IMG/VR virus record: IMGVR_UViG_3300037991_006036
Span: 32,001 to 96,000 of that record
Length of the DNA: 64,000 bases
Strand: one strand, 5' to 3'
Source: a virus
Lineage: Duplodnaviria > Caudoviricetes
The position numbers and the translations under genes are program-made. The notes under the pieces are model-generated. The model saw only the letters and a list, made by a program, of their open reading frames with translations. It was not told the DNA's origin and did no database searches. Below are positions 36,349-46,105 of the stretch, piece by piece (positions within the stretch are counted from its first letter, which is position 1; each line of letters opens with the position of its first letter).

Positions 36349-38793
36349 TTATGCATCATCTTCATCTACATCTCCACTAGCAAAATCAATACCCTCCTGA
36401 TCAATAGAAGTAGCACCAAAGTCTGCTTCTTCTTTGGGTGAAAATCTGTTTGGTGGTGTTGCGTTTTCGGTCAAGTCTCCTGCATCAACAGCGTCTGTGT
36501 ATGCTTGTTTACCAGCTTCTACTGTGTCTAGAGTAGGTTCTGGAGAGGCTGGAAGACCTAATGGTTGTACTAATAAATATTTGAATTCTGTTTTACCAGA
36601 CGTATCCCACACTGGCTGCTGTACAAGACTTTTTGCAATTCCAGCTACTGTCACATTGTTAGGTGGTATTGTGTATGTAGAGTGTTTTTCGGATGCTATA
36701 TCTCTATTTGGTACAAGTTGTAGTTTCATTTTTGTAATAGCACATCTAGGTTCTCCATATGCAAAATAGGGTTGTGGTACATTTTCAGCAGTACCTTCTA
36801 CACTAAACAAGTTATTGTATATATCGCTCTGATTCCAATTTTTTGATATAGCAGAATCATCATTTCTCGATGGTGTGTCGTTTGCAAACCTTACAGTTAT
36901 AGATATTCGTCTGGTTCCTATTGGAATATCAATGTCTCTACCTACAGCAAAAAATGCTTCAGCTCCAGCACCCTGATCAACTGCCAGATTTTTACGCTTA
37001 TCATCTACAATATCTTTATACCAATCGTTTTCTCGTATCCATGTGTCTTTGGGATATCCTTTGTTCCATTGTGAATAAAACGATCCATATCTTTTTGCTA
37101 AAAATCTAATATTAATGTCATCAACGTTAGGAGACACTGCTCCAGTAAACTGTCCAACTGTAACACCTCCTGGACCGTTACTACTCTCTATTACAGACTT
37201 ATCAAACATTCCTAAACCACTTTCGGGTTCTTCTGATAAAAGTTTAAATAGTGATTTTGTGTTAGTGTATTTTTGGCCATAGAATAAAATGTCATGGCCT
37301 GAGTCATTATCATCGTCATCGTCAAAAAAAGCATATATTGGAAACAACATTAATCCAATGTCTACCTTCTCTTTCACAGCCCATAAGTCTATAGCTTGAG
37401 GTCCTTTAAGAGTTTCTTGTTTTGTTTCTATAAGTTCTTGATTAAAGTATGTTATGTCTATTTCTGTAGTATCGTCTGTACAAGGTATTATTTCGATTGG
37501 AGTTAGTGGATCACATGTTATTGGTGCAATACCTCCTCCAGCTAAAAAGTTTTTATATGATTCGTAATCATAAACAAGCCATGGATAATCCACAACATCT
37601 CCATTTTGTATCACTCTAATCTTATATCTACTCAAAGCAATTCCAACATATGAGAAGAATTGTGCTGTCATATAATCAACACCTCCTACTTGTCCGTCTA
37701 CTAAGTTAGCTACTTCACTTATGTCGATAGTTTGGGTAAAATCATGCTCCTCATCTTCGTTGAATTCAATTAAGTCTCTTGTAAAATAGCTTGTTGGTCT
37801 TACCCCTTTTTTTAATTCCTCTTCTAGTGGATAAAATCCTTGACGTACTGATTCATTTCTGTTATAACGATCAATAAACGCTGGTGCTGGAAAGTATCCT
37901 TGTGGAGCATTTTCGTTATCTATATCTTCGTTTGGAATAATACTTGCTCTCTGTGCTACACTAGCATAATTAAACCAATCAGATATCTTAGCTTTCATTG
38001 CATCAGAGGTCGGTATGTCTAAATTTAACAAGTCTGGTTCTTTACTAGACCATAAATTGTACATTGGATAAAATAAGTTCCATTTATTTATCTGTGTGTT
38101 AAATCTAAAAGGAAGAGGTGGTGTGTAATCTGGATCAGTGACTGGAATTACTGGATAGTCGCTAGTGTATCTTGTCATGGTGTTTGGAGTATATCTTGCT
38201 GAGTTGTTTCCAACTACTGATATTATTTTACCACTAGGATTAGTCCAGTTTTCTAATCCAAACTCTCCATCTCCGTTTTTGATTAAATTTGTATACAAGA
38301 TTGCACTACTGTCTAAATCGATTACTTGCAGTGTAAATGGTACTGTACGTGTTGTGCCAAATTCGTTTGATACCTCACACACATACTCACCTTCAATTTC
38401 ACCAGTGCATTGTTCTTCTGAAAATTCTATGGCAGTTACACCAAGTCCATCATTTTGATTATTAATTGTAAATAGCGAGTTTCCATCTCTTTTCCACACA
38501 AATTGCAAATTTGAAATATCATTTATGTTATTAACATTAGATGGATCAACACAAAAAAACTCAAACCTAACTCGCGTACCCTTTCTTACAGTAAACACAT
38601 CGAATATAGGATTCACTTGTTTGAAAGCTAAACTACCGTCTGAATCAACTGATGCCCATGTTAGTTGAGAAAAGTTACGTATTGGATGTGAAGTAATTAC
38701 CGGAGGTTGTGGGTTATCCGGTAACAAAGCAAAGTCCCCTACACGTAGTGCGTCATCTGGTTTAGCTGTTTTTATGTTTACTCTTTGTTTCAT
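36349..38793 (-). CDS. Ig-domain virion protein (paralogue 1)
   Basis: FVWKRDG...EGEYVCEVSNEFG Ig motif, then YTNLIKNGDGEFGLENW (CBM-like). Confidence 0.7.
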   Translation of the reverse strand: MKQRVNIKTAKPDDALRVGDFALLPDNPQPPVITSHPIRNFSQLTWASVDSDGSLAFKQVNPIFDVFTVRKGTRVRFEFFCVDPSNVNNINDISNLQFVWKRDGNSLFTINNQNDGLGVTAIEFSEEQCTGEIEGEYVCEVSNEFGTTRTVPFTLQVIDLDSSAILYTNLIKNGDGEFGLENWTNPSGKIISVVGNNSARYTPNTMTRYTSDYPVIPVTDPDYTPPLPFRFNTQINKWNLFYPMYNLWSSKEPDLLNLDIPTSDAMKAKISDWFNYASVAQRASIIPNEDIDNENAPQGYFPAPAFIDRYNRNESVRQGFYPLEEELKKGVRPTSYFTRDLIEFNEDEEHDFTQTIDISEVANLVDGQVGGVDYMTAQFFSYVGIALSRYKIRVIQNGDVVDYPWLVYDYESYKNFLAGGGIAPITCDPLTPIEIIPCTDDTTEIDITYFNQELIETKQETLKGPQAIDLWAVKEKVDIGLMLFPIYAFFDDDDDNDSGHDILFYGQKYTNTKSLFKLLSEEPESGLGMFDKSVIESSNGPGGVTVGQFTGAVSPNVDDINIRFLAKRYGSFYSQWNKGYPKDTWIRENDWYKDIVDDKRKNLAVDQGAGAEAFFAVGRDIDIPIGTRRISITVRFANDTPSRNDDSAISKNWNQSDIYNNLFSVEGTAENVPQPYFAYGEPRCAITKMKLQLVPNRDIASEKHSTYTIPPNNVTVAGIAKSLVQQPVWDTSGKTEFKYLLVQPLGLPASPEPTLDTVEAGKQAYTDAVDAGDLTENATPPNRFSPKEEADFGATSIDQEGIDFASGDVDEDDA

Positions 38794-38796
38794 AAT

Positions 38797-41700
38797 CTAG
38801 TCTAGTGTGGGAGTATATCTACTATAATCTAAATCTGGGTCTGTTACACCTCCACTAACCGTTTCAATTTGTTCTATCTTAATATTTTTTACAACATACT
38901 CTACGTTTCTTGAATCATCTTCACCACTTAACGGTGTACCTACAAACGAATCCGCAAATACAACATCGGCTCCTTCTCGCGCTGTTTCAAAGCCATTAAT
39001 TTTATTTGCTAATGTTGATGGTCGCACACCATATAGGCATACCCTATAATTAGGATCTGGAGCCATTGAACCGCTTCCATCAACGTCTATCATAGGAATT
39101 CCTAATCCTCCTTGTAATCTGGATCGAGTTAAAAACTCGTCAGGTAGTGGAATACCAGCTGTGGTTGTTTGTGAGCCTGCTGCTTTTTCTATATCAATTA
39201 TCACAGGTTTCATGTTTATAGACTCACTACCAAAAGATTTATAAACCTTTGTACCAGTTGTTGTTGTGTTATCTTCTGGAGTTAATCCTTGTACTGCAAA
39301 TGCGGTAGTTGCACTTGGATCGGCAAGATTTGTTATATCGTTTGCGGACGGAAATTCAAAGCTGTCAAAGCTCGGTAAATATTCAACACCTCCTAAGTTT
39401 GGTGTTTTGTGAATTATAGCTTGATCTGCTCGACAATCTAAATAATAATTATCTACAGCATACAAACTTCCAGTACTGTCTATACTTTCGCTTACGTTAT
39501 GTACACCAAGCGTAATAACAAATCTACTTTCTTGCATCCAAGTAGTTTCTTTCTCATCCATCTTAGGTTTGAAAAAACCTTGGCCTGGTGAGAAAGGTCC
39601 GTTATTCCAATTTTGTATATATTGTCTGTAATTTAGATCTGAACCTGGAACAGCCCAGTATGTGTATTTTTGAAGAGCATCTGTTGCTACAGATCCAGTT
39701 TTATATATGTTTAATTTGTCCACATCTCTTAGAGAGTACCAATATATTGGAAATCTTGGAGCTATGGTAGGATTAGGGTCAAACAGTTTGTTTGTTACTC
39801 CCTTATTTAAAGCCTTATCGTGTAGTTGAGTATATCTTGTTCGTAGTTGATCTTCTATAGGTTGTATGTATATTGGCGACAACAAGCCGTTTGTTTTTAC
39901 CATATTGTTAAACAATCCACCTGGTGGATTTGTGTTTAAATTTGAGCTACCTTCTATTGTAGGTGCTGATGGTATTGTAGTTATTGAGCTTGGTAGAAAT
40001 GGAAACAATCCAGGAACATATTGTTCTACGTTCTTATTTGACGGTTTGCTTGGATTGTATGTTTCTACCTTTATGTTAATATTGTTTTGATCTTTTATTA
40101 ATGCAAAACTAACATCAACATGTTTAGTTTGTACTTCTGTTGAAACAGTTTTATCGACAATTGGTCCTGGTACTAATGCTTTTACAACTTCGTTTTGAGT
40201 ATATATGTTGTTTACTGCTGCTCTTATAGAGGCTTCTTTTCCTATTTCATTAGGAATTAAACACAAGTTGAATCCAGTTGCAAATGCTTTTGATAATGGT
40301 GATTTTGGCAATCGCTGTTCAACAGAATCTGGCCAAGAAGCGCTTGTTCTGTATTCATTTCTTATCACATCGACAATTCTACGCTCTGTGGGAGGATCGT
40401 TTGTTTTGTTGGCTGGACTATTTTGTTGATAAGTACCTTGCCAACCAGGCTGAGCAAATACACCACCCCTGAGAGAAGTTACTGGTAAACCGGTTTTTGT
40501 TTCTTGCATTACAAATCCTAGATCACCCATTACTTCGATTGTAAAGTTGATGCGAATTTTATTTGTTTTAGGATTAAGGAATGGTATTTCAATTTTATGA
40601 AACTCTGCATATTGACCATATGTGTATCGGTCAGCTATGTTTGGAACAAGCTCATCTATTATATACAGATGTACATCTCGACTATCACCAGTCAGAGATG
40701 CTGGTAATGCATCATCGCCAGGATCAGCAAAATATCTTTGGTTTCGGTAATTTGGTATTCTACTATTCCATGGATCGAGTACACGTTCCAAAATTTTTCG
40801 TGGATTACCAGCTGCATCTAAGCTAAGCAATCTCTCTTCTCTATCATACTCCTCAATCTCAACATAAATTTTTTCTTGCACAAATCCTGGTCCCATTTTT
40901 CTAAAATTGAAATATCCTACTCTTGGACTATCAATATCATAATTCTCAATGTCAGCTATTGTGTCGGGTGTTACGTTTGGAAAGGCTGGAATAAAATTGT
41001 GTATAGCCATTCCTAAGTAAAAAGATACAACAGCTCTAACTCCACCTACTCCGTAAATAGATCCATTTATCTGGTTTTGGATTTCTGATAAATCTATATC
41101 TTGATAAACTTCTAACGTATTAGATCCACCATTAAGGAGATATTCGTGATTTTCTTTACTAAAGTAAGAGTTGAGATTTTTTAGTGGATTGTTTTGTAGA
41201 GTACCTCCATCTAGTTGATATGGTTTAGGATGCAACATTTCTTTTGTCCAACGAAAATCTGGATTCATTGGGTCAACAGCTATTCTTTTATCACGAAATC
41301 CATTCGATCTTTGTATTAGTTTTCGTGAAATAACATCACCTCCCACTGTATTCCAGTTATCTACCGATAACTCACCATCTACTCTACCATTTGGATTTTG
41401 TATAAGATTAGTGTAGAAAAAACTATCGAAATCTGAATTGAAGACTTCTAAATTTATTGAGCCACCATCAGTAGCTCCTATATCGTTAGACACTAAACAT
41501 CCATAAGTTCCAGCAAATTGCGGACATATGTTTTTAATTGTTAATGTATTGCCGCTTACTATTCTTGATGATCGTAGCTCAGGAATTGCATCGTTAGCTA
41601 CAATATTTTCGCCATCAAGATTCCATCGATATGTAAGTTCCGTTTTAGGTGGAATAATTTCCAACACTCCATTCTCTACATTGAATACGTCAGGTTGTTC

Positions 41701-42123
41701 TGCTTCAATTCGCAATACAATTGTAGTTCCAGCATGCACTTTAACTGTACCATCTGGGAACAAATACATATGATCTCCTTGTAGAGACGTTCTTGCTGCT
41801 GCATACGGTTTTACTGATGGAGTAGAAGCATCTGCAATTGGTTTTGTTATTATTGGAGGTTTATTTGCTAATACTGGAAGTAAATCATATACTGTATCGT
41901 TTTCGTTTAGATCTGTGTTTGGTGATATTGTTTGTAGTGGTCGTGTTTTGCGTTTTCTTCTATTCGTTGTTGCTACTATAACTTCGGAATCAGTTGAATG
42001 TCCAGTTCCAGTCATAAGTGCTCCAGATGGCATCTTATGAAAAGCACCAATGTAAGGTTGGCCAGTTAACGTAACGTACTCACCTTCCTTCGCATAGAAT
42101 ATGTTTTGTTCGTTGTATTCCAT
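38797..42123 (-). CDS. Ig-domain virion protein (paralogue 2)
   Basis: YRWNLDG...AGTYGCLVSNDIG Ig motif; YTNLIQNPNG...NW; QDIDLSE. Confidence 0.7.
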   Translation of the reverse strand: MEYNEQNIFYAKEGEYVTLTGQPYIGAFHKMPSGALMTGTGHSTDSEVIVATTNRRKRKTRPLQTISPNTDLNENDTVYDLLPVLANKPPIITKPIADASTPSVKPYAAARTSLQGDHMYLFPDGTVKVHAGTTIVLRIEAEQPDVFNVENGVLEIIPPKTELTYRWNLDGENIVANDAIPELRSSRIVSGNTLTIKNICPQFAGTYGCLVSNDIGATDGGSINLEVFNSDFDSFFYTNLIQNPNGRVDGELSVDNWNTVGGDVISRKLIQRSNGFRDKRIAVDPMNPDFRWTKEMLHPKPYQLDGGTLQNNPLKNLNSYFSKENHEYLLNGGSNTLEVYQDIDLSEIQNQINGSIYGVGGVRAVVSFYLGMAIHNFIPAFPNVTPDTIADIENYDIDSPRVGYFNFRKMGPGFVQEKIYVEIEEYDREERLLSLDAAGNPRKILERVLDPWNSRIPNYRNQRYFADPGDDALPASLTGDSRDVHLYIIDELVPNIADRYTYGQYAEFHKIEIPFLNPKTNKIRINFTIEVMGDLGFVMQETKTGLPVTSLRGGVFAQPGWQGTYQQNSPANKTNDPPTERRIVDVIRNEYRTSASWPDSVEQRLPKSPLSKAFATGFNLCLIPNEIGKEASIRAAVNNIYTQNEVVKALVPGPIVDKTVSTEVQTKHVDVSFALIKDQNNINIKVETYNPSKPSNKNVEQYVPGLFPFLPSSITTIPSAPTIEGSSNLNTNPPGGLFNNMVKTNGLLSPIYIQPIEDQLRTRYTQLHDKALNKGVTNKLFDPNPTIAPRFPIYWYSLRDVDKLNIYKTGSVATDALQKYTYWAVPGSDLNYRQYIQNWNNGPFSPGQGFFKPKMDEKETTWMQESRFVITLGVHNVSESIDSTGSLYAVDNYYLDCRADQAIIHKTPNLGGVEYLPSFDSFEFPSANDITNLADPSATTAFAVQGLTPEDNTTTTGTKVYKSFGSESINMKPVIIDIEKAAGSQTTTAGIPLPDEFLTRSRLQGGLGIPMIDVDGSGSMAPDPNYRVCLYGVRPSTLANKINGFETAREGADVVFADSFVGTPLSGEDDSRNVEYVVKNIKIEQIETVSGGVTDPDLDYSRYTPTLD

Positions 42124-42133
42124 GCTTTGTTGT

Positions 42134-43255
42134 TTATTGTCTTTCTATCTTGAATATAAAATTGTGATCCCGTACTTCATAACTCACACCATCTTCTTCT
42201 GGTACTTTAATCATTATTCTATAATATCGCTCAGGCTGAAAGCTATCTAAATGTAATCTAAAGAAGCTGCCTCGGCTGTCTGATGCCATATATGTGTATT
42301 TTGAAAATGGTATCACAGCATCATCAGAATTTGCATAATAGACAGCATATTGTGATCCAGTTGGAAGTCTGAATGAGTCTAAGAATAGTGATGATGTTTG
42401 GTATACTAGAGCTGGATATCTGTATCGTGGAGCGAAATTAAACTTAGGTCTTGCTGTTTCTTTGTAAACTTCTCTCAAGTTAGTACACACTAAATTGTAA
42501 TCTTCCTCTGTATCTAATACTGCAAGTGAACCGGTATTTGTTTGATAACTAGACTCGTCATACCTTGCTTCAATTACTGGAGAATATATAGTGTGAGTTT
42601 CTTTGCTATAAAATCCTAAGTTTCTAAACTTGTTCAAGGATGTTTCATCAGCTTCAGTCTTCTTTATAATTAACCCATTAAAGCTAATAGATCCGTTCTG
42701 TACTTCTCGTATAATAGATGTGATATCCATATCAACATCTGTAGTTGTATAGCTGAAAGATTGTGTAGCTTGGCTTGATGTATACCAGGTTCCTCCTCCA
42801 GGATTAACTGAATATGATCCAGTTGATAGTGCCGCAAAGGATGCGGTCAACCATGCTGTGCTTGGTGTTTCCTTTCCTTCTCTATAATACCAACTACATC
42901 CTTCTGTCGTTGCGGGAGTAGTTCCTTTTTTTCCTATTCCCATATTCCATGATTGTGATACTGGAAAGGCTTCTATTGTGTAGTCGAGTGGAATCTCATC
43001 TGCTTGTGTAGCATATAATCTTAATCCAAAATCAAAAGTATTTGGATCGTATCCTAAATCTACAATACTTTTTGATATAGCGGTATAATCAAAATCTAGT
43101 AATATACGAGAATTAAAGCTCGACGTTGCAGCAGCTCCAGTAGATCCTGTGGCTGCTTGTTTTGATATCTCCAATATACTATCCAAACCGGTATTTGTCT
43201 CCGGTGAGTTTTCATATATTGTTGCGTCCTTTGTTGGGTAAAATCTTAATATCAT
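42134..43255 (-). CDS. Structural protein with DNRLRE-like domain
   Basis: YPTKDATIYE, SRILLDFD, VSQSWNMG, FYSKET...PVIE. Confidence 0.6.
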   Translation of the reverse strand: MILRFYPTKDATIYENSPETNTGLDSILEISKQAATGSTGAAATSSFNSRILLDFDYTAISKSIVDLGYDPNTFDFGLRLYATQADEIPLDYTIEAFPVSQSWNMGIGKKGTTPATTEGCSWYYREGKETPSTAWLTASFAALSTGSYSVNPGGGTWYTSSQATQSFSYTTTDVDMDITSIIREVQNGSISFNGLIIKKTEADETSLNKFRNLGFYSKETHTIYSPVIEARYDESSYQTNTGSLAVLDTEEDYNLVCTNLREVYKETARPKFNFAPRYRYPALVYQTSSLFLDSFRLPTGSQYAVYYANSDDAVIPFSKYTYMASDSRGSFFRLHLDSFQPERYYRIMIKVPEEDGVSYEVRDHNFIFKIERQ

Positions 43256-43256
43256 G

Positions 43257-45197
43257 TTAGTAGTTTACAATTCGTCCTTTAATATCGTTATCTGGAAGCT
43301 TCACTTCAAATATCATTGGATCAAGACTTGGATATATAATTCCGTTTCTTGTTGCTTCTTTTATGTTGTATGCAATATTACTATAACCTAAACTAGAATC
43401 ATTCAGATTGTTTATTACCACATTTGTTACTGTTTGTACTCCAGGCTGTCTTAATAAGATATTGTAAATGTCTGTGTATTGTATTGGTTGGTTTATTTGC
43501 CATTTTTCAACATCAAAATAATCTTTTATGGCATTCACACAAGTTAGTAATACTTGATTTGCGTTTCGATCACCAAGTGGTATAATGTCAAAGTTTACTT
43601 GAATATTAATGATAAACGCATCTCTCAAATTAATACTATCTGTCAACATTCTATATTGTGATAGATATGTTTTAAGGTTTTCTTTTACAGCTCGATTTGT
43701 TGTGGTTAGGTTCTTATTAGAATCGTAACCTAACACATACATATTCATAGCTAGTGGGTTAGATACGGTATCTGTAGTATCACTAGTCAGTAGGTTGTTT
43801 TGCTCATCTGGAGTGATAAACACCTTGCTAACGCTTCCAAACTTAGGTGGCATTGTTATTGCTCTCACCATATAATCATCCCGAGTAACTGCTCGATTTT
43901 GTGATGATAATTGTTTGATTGCATTTTGACGCACCTCATCTAAAGTTTCTTGAGATCTTCCTCCAAATGCTGGATTTGGATTGTTGCATGCTACAGAGTT
44001 TAAAACTGTAGTGTTTAGTGTTCCAGTATTTGGAAATCCGTTTGTGTTGGTGTCTAGTGCTGTTATGTTGGTGATAGTATCACTTGTAACATTAGATCTT
44101 ATTCCTCCTCCAGTCAAGTAAGTGACTGTTAGTGTTGTGTTGGAAGGTGCAATACCATATGCTTTTGTTACTCCTGGAGAATTGGGATCAATCGATTGGT
44201 CAATGTTTATTTTTCCAGTAGGTAAGTTTAATCCTATATTTTCTGGTGTAGGTAAAAGCTCTTCGTCAGCTGACGTACTTATTCCGCTACCAAATTGAAT
44301 TTCAATTCCATCATCCAGTATGCGAGTAACAAAACGTCTTGGTACTTTTTTTAATTTTAATAGATATGGTATTTCATCACTATATACAGCAGCATCTGGA
44401 TCATTTAGAGCTGTGTTTTGTATTGACTCAAATACAGTATCTTGAGCGAGGTATGGTACTTCTGTCCAAGTGTTTCCATCTGAATCTACTATTGAGTCGA
44501 TTCCAATAAAGGTTGGAGTGTTAATATCGTCAAAGGGTATCTTAAATTTGTAAAACTTTTTTACAGCTCCAACAACTTCTTCATAAACTGTTGGTGTTGC
44601 TGATACTGCTTTTGCTGTTTTTTTAGCTAAGTAATATTCTGGATTACCAGCGGCATCAATACTATACACTTGAAATTCAATTGGATCATCTGCTGTATCT
44701 ATAGAAAAATCAACAGCTTCTTGTATATAAAAATCAACAGTATCGCTTTGGTCTTGGCTTTGATAAGTGTTATCAATTAAAGTAGATAAAGTAGCTTGTG
44801 CTTGCATTCCAGGTTGGATACGTAGTGCATATCTCATATCAGGAGCTGCATTATCACCCGTACCAGTTGAAGGCATTAATTGAAATATGTCTAAGTCTAC
44901 ATTTGCAGGAACACTTGTAAGAGGCTTGTATCCCATTGCTGCTGCAATAGCTAACACGTTTCTTCTTTCTGTTGCTTGAAGCAGTTGAGATTCTTTAAAC
45001 TGCGAATCTATATAATAGTTTAATGTATCACCAACATACGCCATCAACTCTAAAAACATCATTCCAGGTGATGCCTCATTGAAATCGTTGTAGGTGTTTG
45101 GATAATAATTTTTAACAAACTCAACTAAGCCTTGTTTGATTGTATCAAAATCTCTTCCTAAGTATTCTATATTTTTTGATGGATCGTATTCTGGCAT
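43257..45197 (-). CDS. gp6: Baseplate wedge subunit (T4 gp6/baseplate J-like)
   Basis: YLGRDFDTIK...YNDFNEASPGMMFLELMAYVGD, IQFGSG, GG..ETLDEVRQNA...QNRAVTRDDY. Confidence 0.92.
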   Translation of the reverse strand: MPEYDPSKNIEYLGRDFDTIKQGLVEFVKNYYPNTYNDFNEASPGMMFLELMAYVGDTLNYYIDSQFKESQLLQATERRNVLAIAAAMGYKPLTSVPANVDLDIFQLMPSTGTGDNAAPDMRYALRIQPGMQAQATLSTLIDNTYQSQDQSDTVDFYIQEAVDFSIDTADDPIEFQVYSIDAAGNPEYYLAKKTAKAVSATPTVYEEVVGAVKKFYKFKIPFDDINTPTFIGIDSIVDSDGNTWTEVPYLAQDTVFESIQNTALNDPDAAVYSDEIPYLLKLKKVPRRFVTRILDDGIEIQFGSGISTSADEELLPTPENIGLNLPTGKINIDQSIDPNSPGVTKAYGIAPSNTTLTVTYLTGGGIRSNVTSDTITNITALDTNTNGFPNTGTLNTTVLNSVACNNPNPAFGGRSQETLDEVRQNAIKQLSSQNRAVTRDDYMVRAITMPPKFGSVSKVFITPDEQNNLLTSDTTDTVSNPLAMNMYVLGYDSNKNLTTTNRAVKENLKTYLSQYRMLTDSINLRDAFIINIQVNFDIIPLGDRNANQVLLTCVNAIKDYFDVEKWQINQPIQYTDIYNILLRQPGVQTVTNVVINNLNDSSLGYSNIAYNIKEATRNGIIYPSLDPMIFEVKLPDNDIKGRIVNY

Positions 45198-45198
45198 A

Positions 45199-45639
45199 TT
45201 AATAGCTTGTTTCAGGGTTATCGTTTTCTAATGTAACGTCTATTTGTCTGGTATCGAATTCGTTCCCAATCAAGTTTATATTTAACGTGATACCAATTAA
45301 ATTAGGATTAGTATCGGATCTAGAAACTGTCAGTTTTTGTATATTAATGTACGGTAATTGTACTTGAAAATTGTCACGAATAGTTTCTTCTACTTCTTCT
45401 ACAAATTCATCAGTGGCGTTATCGAACAAGACTCCTCTTAAATTGCATCCAAAACTTGGACGCATTGGTCTTTCTCCATGATTCGTTAGTAGTAAATTTT
45501 TAGCATTAGCTACTGCTTGATCTATGCTAGCATAATTCAATTGAAATGTAGAACCAGCACGTCCATTCATAGGTAAATCAATACCTATTGCTACATCTTT
45601 TTCAAAATCTAATGCTGGTTGGTTTATCTCAATTGCCAT
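45199..45639 (-). CDS. gp25: Baseplate gp25-like (GPW/gp25 family) protein
   Basis: NLLLTNHGERPMRPSFGCNLRGVLFD. Confidence 0.92.
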   Translation of the reverse strand: MAIEINQPALDFEKDVAIGIDLPMNGRAGSTFQLNYASIDQAVANAKNLLLTNHGERPMRPSFGCNLRGVLFDNATDEFVEEVEETIRDNFQVQLPYINIQKLTVSRSDTNPNLIGITLNINLIGNEFDTRQIDVTLENDNPETSY

Positions 45640-46070
45640 TATCCTCTATTATACTTTTTATCGTGTATTGCTGTTGCTGATTTTAATACTTGTGAATAAT
45701 CTTTAACAAATGCTGATGTTGGATCATTTGGGTTTACTGCTGGCATTGTATCCTGCATCATATGTCCAAATCCTTGAGCTTGATCAGCAGTGAATTGTGA
45801 AGCCATATCTGGATATGCTCCGTCATCTCCTATTGGAGCTGATAGACCGCTTCTCATAGCGTTAGCTGTTTCAGCCAATATTCCATCCAAACTAGTATTT
45901 CCAGTTTTTGGAATTGGTTTTTGAGTTACTGGAGCGTGTGTAGTGCTCTGTATATCTCTTACCGGTTGTTTGTTTGTCTTTAGTGCTTCTTTCAGCTCTT
46001 CTCGTATAACTGTTCGCACTTCTTTTTTAATGATCTCTTTTAAGATCTTTGCAAAATCTACTGCTTTCAT
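45639..46070 (-). CDS. Hypothetical late protein
   Basis: 143 aa; amphipathic leader KILKEIIKKEVRTVIREELKE; LAETA and KDYS motifs; late motif upstream. Confidence 0.7.
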   Translation of the reverse strand: MKAVDFAKILKEIIKKEVRTVIREELKEALKTNKQPVRDIQSTTHAPVTQKPIPKTGNTSLDGILAETANAMRSGLSAPIGDDGAYPDMASQFTADQAQGFGHMMQDTMPAVNPNDPTSAFVKDYSQVLKSATAIHDKKYNRG

Positions 46071-46088
46071 AATAATTGTGTTGTTTTA

Positions 46089-46096
46089 TATAAATA
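46089..46096 (-). promoter_or_regulatory. Late promoter-like motif TATTTATA
   Basis: 18 nt before ATG 46070. Confidence 0.7.
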
Positions 46097-46105
46097 GGCA
46101 AGTTT

